Assembly (NCBI GenBank): GCA_020184695.1
Contig: JAANOX010000276.1
Span: 1-64,000 of the forward strand
Source: Histomonas meleagridis 2922-C6/04-290x
Taxonomy: Eukaryota; Protista; Parabasalia
Reading direction: 5' to 3'
DNA length: 64,000 nt
In this document: positions 22,923-35,200 of the stretch, one piece after another
Numbering within the stretch: position 1 is the first letter of the stretch
Layout of the letters: each line of letters starts with the position of its first letter
The notes under the pieces: model-generated
The model's database searches: none
Told to the model about the DNA's origin: nothing
What the model saw: only the letters and a program-made list of their open reading frames with translations
Made by a program: the position numbers and the translations under genes

Positions 22923-25900
22923 TTAATGTTTATGTCCTTTTGTTGAAGGACTCAATTGAGGCAAGCTTGAATAACCACTCCGTGGACTCCTTATAGCGAT
23001 AGATGAATTAAATTGTTCCATTAAAATTCTCATTTGAGCCAAATCATTTTCTGTTACCATTTTCTTATTCATTTCCTTTAAGCTTGGCAACATGCATAGA
23101 CATTGTATTCTTGGTGAAATATTTTGTGTTAAAGGGTTATCATTAAAATCGAAACTTTTTAGTTCTATACAACATTTTAATTTTGCTACCTCATCAACTG
23201 TTGTAATTCTATTGTGAGATACGTCAAGTGATTTTAAAGTAGGAATTCCTATATTATCGAGTTTTCTTAATGAGTTATAGCCCAGATTCAAGTTCTGAAT
23301 ATTTTGACAATTCAATGAAATTTCGGTTATATAATTGTGTGATAAATCCAAATCGATCAAATTTGGGAAGTTTAATACAATTTTTCTTATGGAGTTGTTT
23401 TGTAAAATCAGTTTATTTAAGTTTGGCAAATTAACCATTGAAAGCGAACCGATTTGTAAATCATTCAATTTGTTTGATGAGATATTTAAAATTTTAATTT
23501 GAGGAATAAACATCAAAAAATTCAAATTTTGGAGTTGATTAAAAGATAAATTTAAGTCTAAAAGGTTTGGAATCGATTTTAATGTCCATTCGATATTACT
23601 AATTAAGTTATTTGATAAATTTAATTCTTTTATTGATTTTGATGTAAGTGCATTTACATCTTTTAACTTTTTACTTGATAAATCCAAAATTTTTTGGTTT
23701 ATTTTAATAAACTTTGGTAAATCTTCAGTAAATAGAATGCCATTATATTGTTTTTCTACTTTTGAACGAAGTTGTGAAGAAATTCGTAATGAATTTAACA
23801 TTTTTAATTTCGGCAGAATGAAAATGAAACGATTTTCATTAAATAACTTAACACATGGATTATCATTAACATTTAAAACGATTAATTCAGGGAAACCATT
23901 AAAAGAATTTATATTTTCTATTTTATTGTTTGATGCAAATAATATAATTAATGTTTTATGAGGTATTAAATCTTTTATTTCATTATTATTCACATTTAAG
24001 ATTTCGATATTTGGTAATTGTTCGGAATTTGGAAACTCTTTTAAATGGTTATAAGAGAAATCGACAAATTTTAATGAATTGTTATTAAAATCGATTTTTT
24101 CTAAGTTGTTTCCACACGCAAATAACTTTTGAAGATTTGGTAAATTCGAAACAAAAGAAAAAGAATTTAAACATTTCCAATTTAAGTTTAGAATTGTAAT
24201 CGAATTTATATTTATATTATTTGGATTAAATATTTTATTATCGAAAAAATTATTATTTATTACATTATTTTCGGATATTAATTTCAATGTTTTAGGTAAA
24301 CAAATTGGATTTCCATATATTAATAATGTTTTAATATTGTTTATAGTTATTAAATCATTTAAATTGGAAATTTCATTAAATGAAACATCCAAAATTTGAA
24401 GTTTCGGAAGATTTGGTAAATCGGAAATTGTTTTAATTTTATTAAATGGAACTCTTAATTCGATTAATTGTTCGAGTCCATTAAATATATTTAATGTTTC
24501 AATATTACAATTAACTAATGTAATTACGGAAAGATTTTGATTTGTTAATAAATCATTTTCGAATTTATTATATAAAATGATCGAATTATTTTCGTTATTT
24601 TGTATATTATTCTCTTCATTTAAATTCGAATTTATTTCGTCACAAATTTGTGAAATTTTATTATATATTTCATCATAATTTAATCCAAAAATATATAATT
24701 TCGTTGGAGATAAAATTTCATCATTTTGAACATATTCAAGAATAGAAATAATTTCCTTGTTTATTATTAATTTTGTTTCTTTAATTAAATTCCTCGAATT
24801 TGATACCCAATTTTTTATTACGTTTATTACATCTGAAAGTGAATCAAAACTTATGTAATAATTTTGAATTGATTCATTCGATGCGTTTTCGTATGGAATA
24901 TATGAAATATCATATGATTTGATAATCGATAATTGCGTTTCAAATTTAAAGTTTTCTGGAATAAAATCTTTAACGCATTCATTAAATTGAATGGTTCCAC
25001 TTGTTTCATATGTTAGTTCACCGCTAAGTTTAATGAATTCTGTGATTTGTTCGGTAATTTGTTCTGCAATCTCAATTAATGAATAAATTTTTTCTAATTT
25101 TTCGACGTCAATTTGATGGTTAGGTTTGATTTTACTTATAAGGTCTTTTGTGTTAGATAGAAATTTGAAGTAATTCGATGATTTATCTGAGATTTGTGAA
25201 ATTGATTGTGACGTATAATAAAGATGGACATCATTTGCCTTTGAGGTGACTGATTGCCTGGCTTGGGGAGTTATGATAAAGGTATCAATAATGTTTATTT
25301 GCGGAAGTCGAGCTAATGAAATAATGTTATAATTAGGAAGTAAACAAAGTGGATTACTACCATAACAAGGATCATATATATTAAGTTCTCTGAGCTTATT
25401 AAGCTTTGATAATGGCCCAAAAATGGAGAAATCATTGAATTGATTTCCTCCAAGATATAATGTTTGCAGATTAATTAAAGATGTAATCGAATCAGAAAGA
25501 AATGAAAGACCACACGAAGAAATATTTAAGAATTTAAGTGATGTAGAACTTGGAAATTTTTCAATTGTATTTATTGGATTGTTTGAAATTGAAAGATGTT
25601 CAAGTTGACTTAAAAAAGATATATCGGGAAATTTTTCAAGTTTTCCGCGTTCCATAATCAATTTTTTAAGTTCAAGTGAATATTTAATTCCATCGCAATT
25701 TGATAAACATGTATGAAAAACAATTAAAGAAGTAAGTTTTGGTAAATCTGAAAGCCAGTTTAAATCAACAATATCTTGTTCAATTATACTCAATTCACGA
25801 AGATGTGAAAATTGAGAAAAATTTGGATGAATTGATATATTAAAATGAAAACATTCAATTTTTGTAAATTTGTCTGGATTTTCTTTAAAATCATTAGCAT

Positions 25901-25946
25901 TAATTTGATTGTCAATTAGGATATTTTGTAGTTCTTTCTCATCCAT
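22923..25946 (-). CDS. Leucine-rich repeat protein (LRRC9-like)
   Basis: Several blocks of LxxLxLSxNxI repeats, with LRR caps such as NPLCLLPNY and DNPL. Confidence 0.75.
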   Translation of the reverse strand: MDEKELQNILIDNQINANDFKENPDKFTKIECFHFNISIHPNFSQFSHLRELSIIEQDIVDLNWLSDLPKLTSLIVFHTCLSNCDGIKYSLELKKLIMERGKLEKFPDISFLSQLEHLSISNNPINTIEKFPSSTSLKFLNISSCGLSFLSDSITSLINLQTLYLGGNQFNDFSIFGPLSKLNKLRELNIYDPCYGSNPLCLLPNYNIISLARLPQINIIDTFIITPQARQSVTSKANDVHLYYTSQSISQISDKSSNYFKFLSNTKDLISKIKPNHQIDVEKLEKIYSLIEIAEQITEQITEFIKLSGELTYETSGTIQFNECVKDFIPENFKFETQLSIIKSYDISYIPYENASNESIQNYYISFDSLSDVINVIKNWVSNSRNLIKETKLIINKEIISILEYVQNDEILSPTKLYIFGLNYDEIYNKISQICDEINSNLNEENNIQNNENNSIILYNKFENDLLTNQNLSVITLVNCNIETLNIFNGLEQLIELRVPFNKIKTISDLPNLPKLQILDVSFNEISNLNDLITINNIKTLLIYGNPICLPKTLKLISENNVINNNFFDNKIFNPNNININSITILNLNWKCLNSFSFVSNLPNLQKLFACGNNLEKIDFNNNSLKFVDFSYNHLKEFPNSEQLPNIEILNVNNNEIKDLIPHKTLIILFASNNKIENINSFNGFPELIVLNVNDNPCVKLFNENRFIFILPKLKMLNSLRISSQLRSKVEKQYNGILFTEDLPKFIKINQKILDLSSKKLKDVNALTSKSIKELNLSNNLISNIEWTLKSIPNLLDLNLSFNQLQNLNFLMFIPQIKILNISSNKLNDLQIGSLSMVNLPNLNKLILQNNSIRKIVLNFPNLIDLDLSHNYITEISLNCQNIQNLNLGYNSLRKLDNIGIPTLKSLDVSHNRITTVDEVAKLKCCIELKSFDFNDNPLTQNISPRIQCLCMLPSLKEMNKKMVTENDLAQMRILMEQFNSSIAIRSPRSGYSSLPQLSPSTKGHKH

Positions 25947-25982
25947 TAGACCGTTACATTTAGAACGTTTATAATTTTAGGT

Positions 25983-25990
25983 GACCGTTA
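25983..25990 (+). promoter_or_regulatory. M3-like (Myb-bound) core promoter motif GACCGTTA; a second copy lies at 25949-25956
   Basis: Matches the Trichomonas M3 consensus DRCSGYTD and sits in the 50-nt gap between two divergent ORFs. Confidence 0.5.
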
Positions 25991-25996
25991 ACCTAA

Positions 25997-27322
25997 TATT
26001 TTCGTAAAATTAAATCAAATCCATTTAAGCAATTTCAACAAAATTATTTATCAGACACCAGAAGGGAAGAAAGGTTTGGAGAAGGGGTTACTAAAAGAAA
26101 ACAAAATTTACTTCATAAATCAATTTTAGATTCAATTTTTCAAAAACTTTCTAATCCTGAAACAGTTCAAGAAGGCCTGAATGAACTCCAAAATTTATGT
26201 GATGAATACATAATAGTTTTTTCTGTACCTCAAATTAATTTTTTATTTTCATTACTTCAAGCCGCTTCAAATACCCAAGCACTAGAGCAAGTCATTTTGA
26301 TTATCCATGAGATTATTTCTTTTTGTGAAGAATTTAATAATGAACCGATTTCTAAACCTGAACTAATAAGATTTTTCCTTAACAATATTAATCATCCTCT
26401 AATCTTTGAATGCCTTCTCTTCCTTGCTCAAACCAATGAAACGTGTGCAACTGTAATTTCTGAAACTATTACTCAGTCGGAAGTCCAAAATCTTATTGAA
26501 ACCACAAATCCAAATCTTCAACTTAATATTGATTTATTAAGCTCATTTGTTGAATATGAGTCACTTTCACAATTTTCTTTAACTTTTTTACCACAAATCA
26601 TTCAAATTTCAAATCTGACCACCGACGAAAACATTTTATTTTTATGTTTACAAACCATTAACATATCATTAAGCAACTCTGTTTTACGAAAATATTTGAA
26701 ACGCTCCAAAGAATTTCGACTTCTTTATACAAATTGCACAAATTCAATTCGATGTATTAACGAACGACTTGAAATCTTACAAAACTTTAAATATCATTGT
26801 TATCAAGTTATTATTAACAATGAATTATTTCCATTTGTTTTGCAATGCATAAACATTGATAATTGCGGTATTAAATGCAATTGTTCGAATATTTTTTACG
26901 AAATATCGCAAATGAATTTAATTGATTCGCTTCATTTTTTATACCAAAATAATTGTGTTAACATATTATTTTCATTTCTTGAAAATAATCCATCAGTGGA
27001 ATTAATCATTTGTTGTATTACTGCACTGTCTTCGATTTTTTGTTATTCGCAAACAGAACAAAAAATTTCTTTTTTCGAAAACGGTTTTTTTGATTTGTTT
27101 TGTAATTATTTTGATTTGATACCAATGAATAATCTCGAGCTGATAACACGCGATTTGATGCAAGTGATCAGAGACGCGGAAGTACATAATGATATTGTGA
27201 TCATAGAAAGATTTAAAGCAATGACAAAGTTAATAGAATTGTATGAAGAAGTGTTGGAAGTGGAAAAAGAAGAACCGTTTTATACCATTGCGTACTCATT
27301 TATAGTAAGAATTAAAGAATAA
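25997..27322 (+). CDS. Helical (ARM/HEAT-like) hypothetical protein with no AUG in its first about 305 codons
   Basis: Hand translation shows an open frame from 25997 to the stop at 27322; the first in-frame ATG is at 26912. The basic N-terminal segment TRREERFGEGVTKRKQ is followed by leucine-rich helices. Confidence 0.65.
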   Translation, partial: YFRKIKSNPFKQFQQNYLSDTRREERFGEGVTKRKQNLLHKSILDSIFQKLSNPETVQEGLNELQNLCDEYIIVFSVPQINFLFSLLQAASNTQALEQVILIIHEIISFCEEFNNEPISKPELIRFFLNNINHPLIFECLLFLAQTNETCATVISETITQSEVQNLIETTNPNLQLNIDLLSSFVEYESLSQFSLTFLPQIIQISNLTTDENILFLCLQTINISLSNSVLRKYLKRSKEFRLLYTNCTNSIRCINERLEILQNFKYHCYQVIINNELFPFVLQCINIDNCGIKCNCSNIFYEISQMNLIDSLHFLYQNNCVNILFSFLENNPSVELIICCITALSSIFCYSQTEQKISFFENGFFDLFCNYFDLIPMNNLELITRDLMQVIRDAEVHNDIVIIERFKAMTKLIELYEEVLEVEKEEPFYTIAYSFIVRIKE

Positions 27323-27637
27323 AAATTTTTAAAATAATTTTTTAAGATAAAAGAATGTGATTTAAAACTTCGCTGTATGCATGTGAAAGTGTATGAATAA
27401 TTTTGTGCACAAAATTTATTTTTTGATATTAAAATGGTTATTGTTGAACAATTTATTTGTATCTTTTACTTCCATAGTAAATATATTACAAATTGTAGTG
27501 ATTGTGATGAAAGCTCAGTTTAAAATTGATCAACTACTTAATGTTTGTAATATATTTTAATTTGTTTGAAATTATTTTTTGAATAAAAATGAAGAAATTT
27601 TTAAGAAAGCCGTTTTATTATTTCTAATTACACAAAA

Positions 27638-28474
27638 TTATCCCTCCGTGAACTTTATGAATTCTTGTACTTTATCACGTAACGCAATTCTATAGACCAA
27701 GAAGCCAATCAAAGCAATGACTAAAATAGTACAAACCATTGTTATAGCTACTACAGCACCTGTTGAAAGTCCTTCTTTCATTGATTCTTCTTGAGCAATT
27801 TCATCATTTGTTTGCTGTGCTTGTTCTGTGTTTGATGGATAATGTGTATTTGTTGGATTCTGTGTATATGTTCTAGTTTGAGTATTCGTTTTTGTATTTG
27901 TTGGCGCATATGTTTTAGTTTGTGTATTTGTATATGTTTCATCGGGTGTATTAGTTGCAGTTTGAGTGTTTGTTGCATCCTGACATTCATTATCAGTACC
28001 AATTGTAACTTGTGTTAAGCCAAAAGTTGTTCCTTGATATGATGACACAACTTTAACATCGGAAACTGGTGCTGAGCCAAAGATATCATTGAACCCATTT
28101 AGCATAGACGGATTATAATAACCACAAAAACAAACAGTATTTAATTGGTGGCAGCCATCAAATGCATACTTAAAAATATTAGAAACTGTACTTGGTAATG
28201 TGATAGATTGTAAACCAGTGCAACCTTGGAATGCATATTCTCCAATTGTAGAAAGTGTGCATTCCATACAAAATTCCAATGCAATGATTCGTGCTTTGTT
28301 TTGAAATGCTCTATGACAAATAATATTAACTCCTGGTCCAAAAAATATTTTAGAATATGTATCAGTAACGTTATTTACATCTGTTGAAGTAACATATTTT
28401 TCATCACTGATAGAAAGTATTCCATCTTGCACATTATATGCTGAAAATGAGAGAGTAAAAAATGAAAGCAACAT
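27638..28474 (-). CDS. Small BspA-like surface protein (signal peptide, LRR_5, Thr-rich stalk, TM helix, short tail)
   Basis: MLLSFFTLSFS signal peptide, LSTIGEYAFQGCTGLQSITLP repeats, T/N/Q-rich linker, TM segment GAVVAITMVCTILVIALIGFLVY. Confidence 0.88.
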   Translation of the reverse strand: MLLSFFTLSFSAYNVQDGILSISDEKYVTSTDVNNVTDTYSKIFFGPGVNIICHRAFQNKARIIALEFCMECTLSTIGEYAFQGCTGLQSITLPSTVSNIFKYAFDGCHQLNTVCFCGYYNPSMLNGFNDIFGSAPVSDVKVVSSYQGTTFGLTQVTIGTDNECQDATNTQTATNTPDETYTNTQTKTYAPTNTKTNTQTRTYTQNPTNTHYPSNTEQAQQTNDEIAQEESMKEGLSTGAVVAITMVCTILVIALIGFLVYRIALRDKVQEFIKFTEG

Positions 28475-29719
28475 GAAAGGAATTTTTTAATAATGAACTG
28501 CCAGAAGGTGGAATGGCATTGAAAAATTCAAAGCAAAAAATCAATAACATTCAATTGTGCACTTTTTAGAGGTACCCCAAACTTGAAGTCGCAATACACA
28601 TTCTTCACTCGTTCTTCAAGTGTTGATTTCAGTTATAGTAATTGTCATGTAAGCAATCTTTATTTTTCAAACAAAGTTAACTCTAAGAGTTTCTAAGAGA
28701 AACAAAGTTAACTCTTAGAATAAAAGAATAAAAGTCAACAGTAGTTACCATTATTTGTGGAAATCCATCAATCAAAAAAATTTATGTTAATTTGTTTAAC
28801 ATTTTTATCATTTGTCGGATACAATAAAAGTCCGAATCCAAAAAAGTTGTAATCAATAAACACTTTTCATTTGAGATAAATTGATCTCATAAAAATGTTG
28901 ATAATAACTTTATGTAGAATTAAGTAACACTTTTGGGAACATAATATTGACAATAAATAATGAAATTAAAGGAATCCTGATTAAAATTTAGAAATTCTGA
29001 AATAAGTAAGAAATAAGAAATATTTTTTGGACAAATTACTGACAACTTACAGACGTGACATTTTCATAGTGGTCATTCAGGAAATAATGGAATTCTTTAA
29101 GATCTTCAATAAATTGTAAATATTAACATCAGAAAATGATATGGAACATTTTAACTTTATCACCATCGTTATGACAATGATATTGTAACATATTCATATT
29201 TTTTATTGGGATAAAAAATTGATTATTATATTATTATTAAATGTAATGTTTCTCGAGATATAGGAGTAGGAAGTTGTACATGTAATAGATTTGGTCTCTT
29301 CAAATTTGATCTATATAAGTGAGAACTGTAAAAAAAGAGAAAACATTTTTGTGCAACTAATTGTGAGTGCTGACCGTCATAACTTTTTGATAGGAATTTT
29401 GTGAATAAAAAATATAATTAATTCAATTTTGAGTTATGGAGATTGCTGGTGAACTGAATATACACTTGCTTTGAAATCATGGTGGTTCCTGTGAGCATTC
29501 TGGACTTTTTCTGTCGAAAAAGTACTGATTTCAATGACTTGAAGCGTTTTAGCACTCAAATTTACCAGAAGACAAAAACAACAAGAACATTTTTATACGA
29601 AAAAAAAAGTAGATACTGTCATTTGCCAATTGAAATTTAGAGCCAAAATGTTTTCTATTGAAACGAATGCTAAAATTATTTTTACTTAAAGAAGGTTATA
29701 AGGGGAGGATTACGTCATA

Positions 29720-30283
29720 TTACACAGTCTCAGGAAGCTGGTTCAATAAATTATTAATCTGCACAAAGTAAAAAGGATCGAATTGTTGATTGTTTTCCTG
29801 ATTGGTATCTTTCAATATTTGATCTTCATCATTTATATCATTATGAAGATTCGGAGGGTTTTTTGTTATTAATCTTCCACAGTAAAAGAAGTCTTCTTCT
29901 GACTTCACATTCAAGTTTAATGCCTTGATCTTCCTCATAATAGAATTCCATCGATTTTTGACATTATTAAGTGATCTGTTATCGAAATATTCTCTAATGA
30001 TTGACCACTTCGGACCATATATATTATATTTATCAAATAATATACGATCTTCTTCAGGCGTCCATGGGGAAAGGTTCACACTCGGGCACAAATAGAATTT
30101 CCATCTTTCTCGGCATTGCCTAGCATTTCTAGTTCCAATCTCAGATGAAATAAAATCCCAATTTTTTGTTCCATGTTCTTGTACAAGCATTATGAGCTTT
30201 TGATCCTCTTCATATAAGAATGTTTTTCTTTTCTTTTTATTATTTGGTTCATGAGATATTTGTTCTTCAGTACGATATTCCAT
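29720..30283 (-). CDS. R2R3 Myb transcription factor
   Basis: EEDQKL, RNARQCRERW, LSPWTPEEDRIL and KNRWN. Confidence 0.9.
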   Translation of the reverse strand: MEYRTEEQISHEPNNKKKRKTFLYEEDQKLIMLVQEHGTKNWDFISSEIGTRNARQCRERWKFYLCPSVNLSPWTPEEDRILFDKYNIYGPKWSIIREYFDNRSLNNVKNRWNSIMRKIKALNLNVKSEEDFFYCGRLITKNPPNLHNDINDEDQILKDTNQENNQQFDPFYFVQINNLLNQLPETV

Positions 30284-31157
30284 TTGATTTAACTGTTTTT
30301 TATTTGTTCAGAATTAAATATTGAAGGCAAATTTGAGATTTGTGTGATATGTTCTGGATATTCTATACTAGATTTTCTATCAAAATTTGTTAGCCGCACA
30401 CAAACCGCTGGTGAAAACAAATTTAAAACACGATTTTCTTATTATTATTAAGGAATCATCATTATTTCACCATTTCTATTAATAACAAATATCAGTAAAT
30501 TGAAAATTAATATAAGTTTCATTATATAATTAATACCAACAGAAATAATATTATTTTTCATATTGAACTTATGGTTCAAGGTTTGTGAGAAAAGCGTTCA
30601 GTTCTATCAAAAAGTTAAGATTTTTAATCCGACGAAACGTCAAACGATCGACCATAGAAAGTTTCGCATTTGCATGTCCACTGATAAACCATACAAAACT
30701 TTACATGAAAACCTGTAAATCTTCTAACACAACAACAAGCATGTTTAATATATATATAAAATTGTTTTGCATATAAGTAAAATAACTAATAAAGATAGAG
30801 ACATATTTGATAAGCTGTAAATCCTCCATATCAATTTAGATTGTTCAAAAACATTTAATTTATGAAACAATAGATGGGATTTAGAGTTCTATTTATTTTA
30901 TTTAAATTTTTTCTATTCTATAATATTACAAAAATAATTTGAATTTGATATTTCAAGAATAGTTTTAATAACAAAAATATTTATTCATTGTAAATTTCAT
31001 TGAAGAGACCTAGTAATATTACATGAAGTAGTTCCATAGAAGCGATGGAAAACATAATTTTGTACAACCAGACTAATCATAAATTTATGGCAAAAAGTGA
31101 CACACGTATACTATTCAAAAAGTTGTATCGTACTAACTTTGGCTGTTGGAAATTTTT

Positions 31158-32129
31158 ATGGAACCAAAAACAAAAGAAGAGAAAATTCAGGAAATACTTG
31201 AAACATGTAAAAGTCCATACATATTGGCACCAATGTTTCAAGTTAATGATTTAGCTTTTCGATTAATGTGTCGAAAACATAATGTAAAAATATGTTATAC
31301 AGGTATGATTAATTCTCATTTATGGGAAATTAACAGAACAGATCGTCCAAAGATGTTTGAAACATGTAAGGAAGACAGGCCATTAATTATTCAATTAAAT
31401 GGAAATGATGAAAAAGAACTTATTGACGCAGCAAAGGATCTTGAACCATTTGCAGATGCAATTGACATTAATTTGGGGTGTACTCAACATATAGCAAGGC
31501 GTGGTCAATATGGATTTTATATGGTTAATACAGATGAAAAGCGTCAAAACGTCATCAAAATTATCACCAAAATTACCAACACAATATCTGTTCCAATGAC
31601 AGCAAAAATCCGTGTTTTTAGTGATAATGAGAACAATGTTGATGTAGAAACAACTGTTGAATTTGCCAAAAAACTTGAATCAGCAGGAATTTCATTAATT
31701 GCTGTTCATGGACGTTCCAAGCAGCTTGACAAAGCTGGTGATGTAGATGTTTCTATTATTAAATCCATTGTTAGCAGTGTTAAAATTCCAGTAATTGGAA
31801 ATGGTGGAATCAAATCAAAAAGTGACGCAGATTCAATGCTTTACCAAACTGGTGCTAAAGCGGTTATGATCGGTCAAGCTCTTCTTAATAATCCGCATCT
31901 TTTAGAAACAAATGATCCTGATCCTGTTGACCTTTCATATGAATATCTTGAATTCAACAAAGAACATCCAAATTCTGATTTTATTCTAATTAAGAGACAT
32001 ATTTTCTGCTTTTTTAATCAAGTTCTTTCAAAGTCTCCTGACATATCATTGAAACTCAAAAATGTTCATACATTTGAAGATTTAGAGACATTTCTTAATG
32101 ATTATCGTGAAGCACACAAACAAGAATAA
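31158..32129 (+). CDS. tRNA-dihydrouridine synthase (Dus1-like)
   Basis: ILAPM, RPLIIQL, IDINLGCTQ, TAKIR, AVHGR, PVIGNGGI and AVMIG motifs. First ATG is at 31158. Confidence 0.9.
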   Translation: MEPKTKEEKIQEILETCKSPYILAPMFQVNDLAFRLMCRKHNVKICYTGMINSHLWEINRTDRPKMFETCKEDRPLIIQLNGNDEKELIDAAKDLEPFADAIDINLGCTQHIARRGQYGFYMVNTDEKRQNVIKIITKITNTISVPMTAKIRVFSDNENNVDVETTVEFAKKLESAGISLIAVHGRSKQLDKAGDVDVSIIKSIVSSVKIPVIGNGGIKSKSDADSMLYQTGAKAVMIGQALLNNPHLLETNDPDPVDLSYEYLEFNKEHPNSDFILIKRHIFCFFNQVLSKSPDISLKLKNVHTFEDLETFLNDYREAHKQE

Positions 32130-32237
32130 CAATGATAAATGTAACGATAGAAAAACATCAAATGATTGTGTGCAATATAATCGTTCTCTATTCAATTAAA
32201 CGGCTTGTATAATAAAAACAAAATATTTTTTATAAAA

Positions 32238-35200
32238 TTATTTCTGTTGTTCATATTTTGTAATCATTTGATAACTCATTAGATTTCCGCTTTTTGTACC
32301 GCATGCAAATATTGGCAAACAAGGATGGAAAGCCGAAAAGTTTGCGATATCAATATCTGGTACATAATTAGTAATTGCTGTATTCGACAATGATGTTAAA
32401 AATGGAGGCTCTTCTTTCGGTGAAAACAAAATCATTCCTAATTCCTTATGTACATCGAATGACAACAAGTTTGATCTTTTTAAACCACAAGGAGCAATAA
32501 TTTTGGTTTTCATATTAAAGGAAACACATCTACCACTTTCAGCTGCTGCATAAACATTATAAGAATCACCACATATTTTCACTACTTTTGAATCAAGCAT
32601 TGTTTTTGTAACGTCAGTGTTTAACGGCTCCCTCAAATCCACGCCGATCAAATAACCGTCGTTGTACCCTGCGAAACAAATGTTTTGATCAACGGAATTC
32701 AAGAACAAAGCGGAGATAATATGATGAGATTGGAAGGACCATTCTCCTATTAGTTTTTGAGTGTTTATATCCCAAAGAGATATTCCACTATTTCCACGAG
32801 ATGTAACTATTCGATTTGAATCTTGAGCCACACCACAAAATTGGGATATTTCCTCACAACGAAAATTAGCGTCTGCTCTCCACACAATAGAAGAAAAAAG
32901 ATGAGAAGGATTCCATATTTGAACGCATCCATCATTTGTACAAATCACGGCCGTATTGGAATTCACGAAATGTATATCCGAAACGCAATGTTCAAGTTGA
33001 TGTTCATATAGTATATTAAAGTCCTTATCGAGGTGATAAAACTTATTATCGAAAGTTGCTGCGATCAAATTTAATGAGTCAGGAGAATAAGCCAAGTTAA
33101 TAATTCTCGAGTCCAGTGTAATTTTAGCCGACATCTTTGGCTGTGTTTTTTTAGGCAATGAAGCAGGCAAACAAGAACAAGATTTTAATGATATCTCTTC
33201 ATTTGAGTTATTATTTTTGTTGAGAAGATGATGTAAAGAGCTATTAAAAACTGATTCCGATTCATCTTCGAGTGAAATTGTTGCTTCTATTGGCTCATCT
33301 GCTTGTATGTTCAATAGCGCTTCATCTTTAGGGTCACTCATCCAATTTATATAACTTTCGTAACTTGAAGGCGATGGTTGTTGTGATTGGATTTCATGTT
33401 GTTTTTTATAATGTATTAAAAGTTTAATACTTACTGCTGTTTTACGTATGAAAGGATGTGGATCTTTACATAAATATTCGATGATCCCATATATAACATT
33501 ACAGAAATATGAATATTTATTTGTTCGATGTGATGCATTATCTACGAGTTTAATAAAGTCATAAAAGTTGTTGTTGTATAACATTTGTATGTCGATTTTT
33601 TTATCGAACCAAAATGATAAAAGATCAGAAAATGTGTTATGTGCATTAGTGAGCTCACTTTTTTGTAACGATGAAACAAATAAATTTGTACGAGTTTTAA
33701 TGAATTTGGTTAAAAAACATAAAACTTGATGACGGACTAAATATGACATATCTATAGATGAAGGAATTATCATTAATAAAAGTTCAATGTTATTAATGTT
33801 TTCAGTGCCTAAAACAAATGTACATAAAGTTGATAAAGAAATGGCTCTAATTTGATGTGACGAATGAATTAAAGATTTCGAGATTTGTAAATAATATTTA
33901 CGTACTTCATTTTCTGGTAATTCGTATACTGAAAATGTAAAAATCCGTTTGAGAAATATATATATCCATAATAATAAATTCGAATCTTTCTCTTTAAGAA
34001 TTTCACGAATCTTTAATAAGAATTGGATTTTAGTACATGTTAATCGTATAGATCGTGATGTAGGGACAGTACATGATAATATCGAGAAAATATTAATTCG
34101 TGATTTTATTGGTATATTTTCATCGAATATTTTCTCTGTTATTTCATCAAAATCTAATTCTTTATTAATTAATAATATTAAATTCGGATTTTCCGAAAAC
34201 AAAAACAAAATTAAATAACAAACAGCTTGAAAAACATCAGAATTCACGTCACAAATCATAAACTTCGAAAATAACTTTGGAAATAATTGTGTATAAAATA
34301 TTTGTAAATTATTTTTCTCATTGTTCTTTAAATATTTCACTAATAATATTAATATTTCATCATATTTATGTGTCTCGATAAAAGGGATTTTAGTGATGAT
34401 TGATAACAATGAATATTTGACTTGATTTGGACTTAAAGTTTTAAACGATTGAATCGCTTGTTTAAACAAATGATTCGAAAAAGAAGGTTTAGGAGTAAAT
34501 ATCGAAGTGACCCAAATATCTATGATTGATTCCCAATGTTTCCATAGTTCGCTCCCTCTTAAATCAGGTATAAATGGATAAGAAATCGGATGAACGTCAT
34601 AAGGTAATAAAAGAAACTTTGCTAATATAAACCCACGTGATAAAGAAGTCATTATTTTATCACTTTGAAATAACTTTACATATATTTCGGGACTTAAATA
34701 ATCAGAAGCAATTGCATCAATAATCGATGAAAATGATAATGTCATTGAATTAATTTCTTCATTACTAATTTTACTATTAATAAAATTCGTTAATTGTTTA
34801 TTATTACTAAATGTAATTCGATAATATTGTAAGATATACCATATTATCGAAATACGAACAGGAGTAAAAATACATGATGTTAAAAAATCACGTGGCAAAT
34901 ATGGATTTATTGGTAATGTCTCATTCTCAGAGGTCAAACAAAAGATATAATAATCTTCGTTTGATGGGATTTTAAAAAAAGATGAAGAACTTGGCATAGA
35001 AGTGGTGTTCCGCACTTGCGAAAGTTGCTTAAAATATGGTATTATTGATCCAGAGTTATTACAATCAAAAATATAACAGGAAGGTAAATAAATATTCTGA
35101 AATAATTTCTTTAAAGGATATTTTTGGACTTCATTACTATGTGTTTCTGATGCATAGATGTTTGTACCATCAGTATCAAGTGAACTAAAGCCAATATAAT

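Noticed and set aside
28669-28730. Short direct repeat AAACAAAGTTAACTCT x2 upstream of the small BspA gene
   Set aside because: Only two copies in AT-rich DNA, with no further structure.
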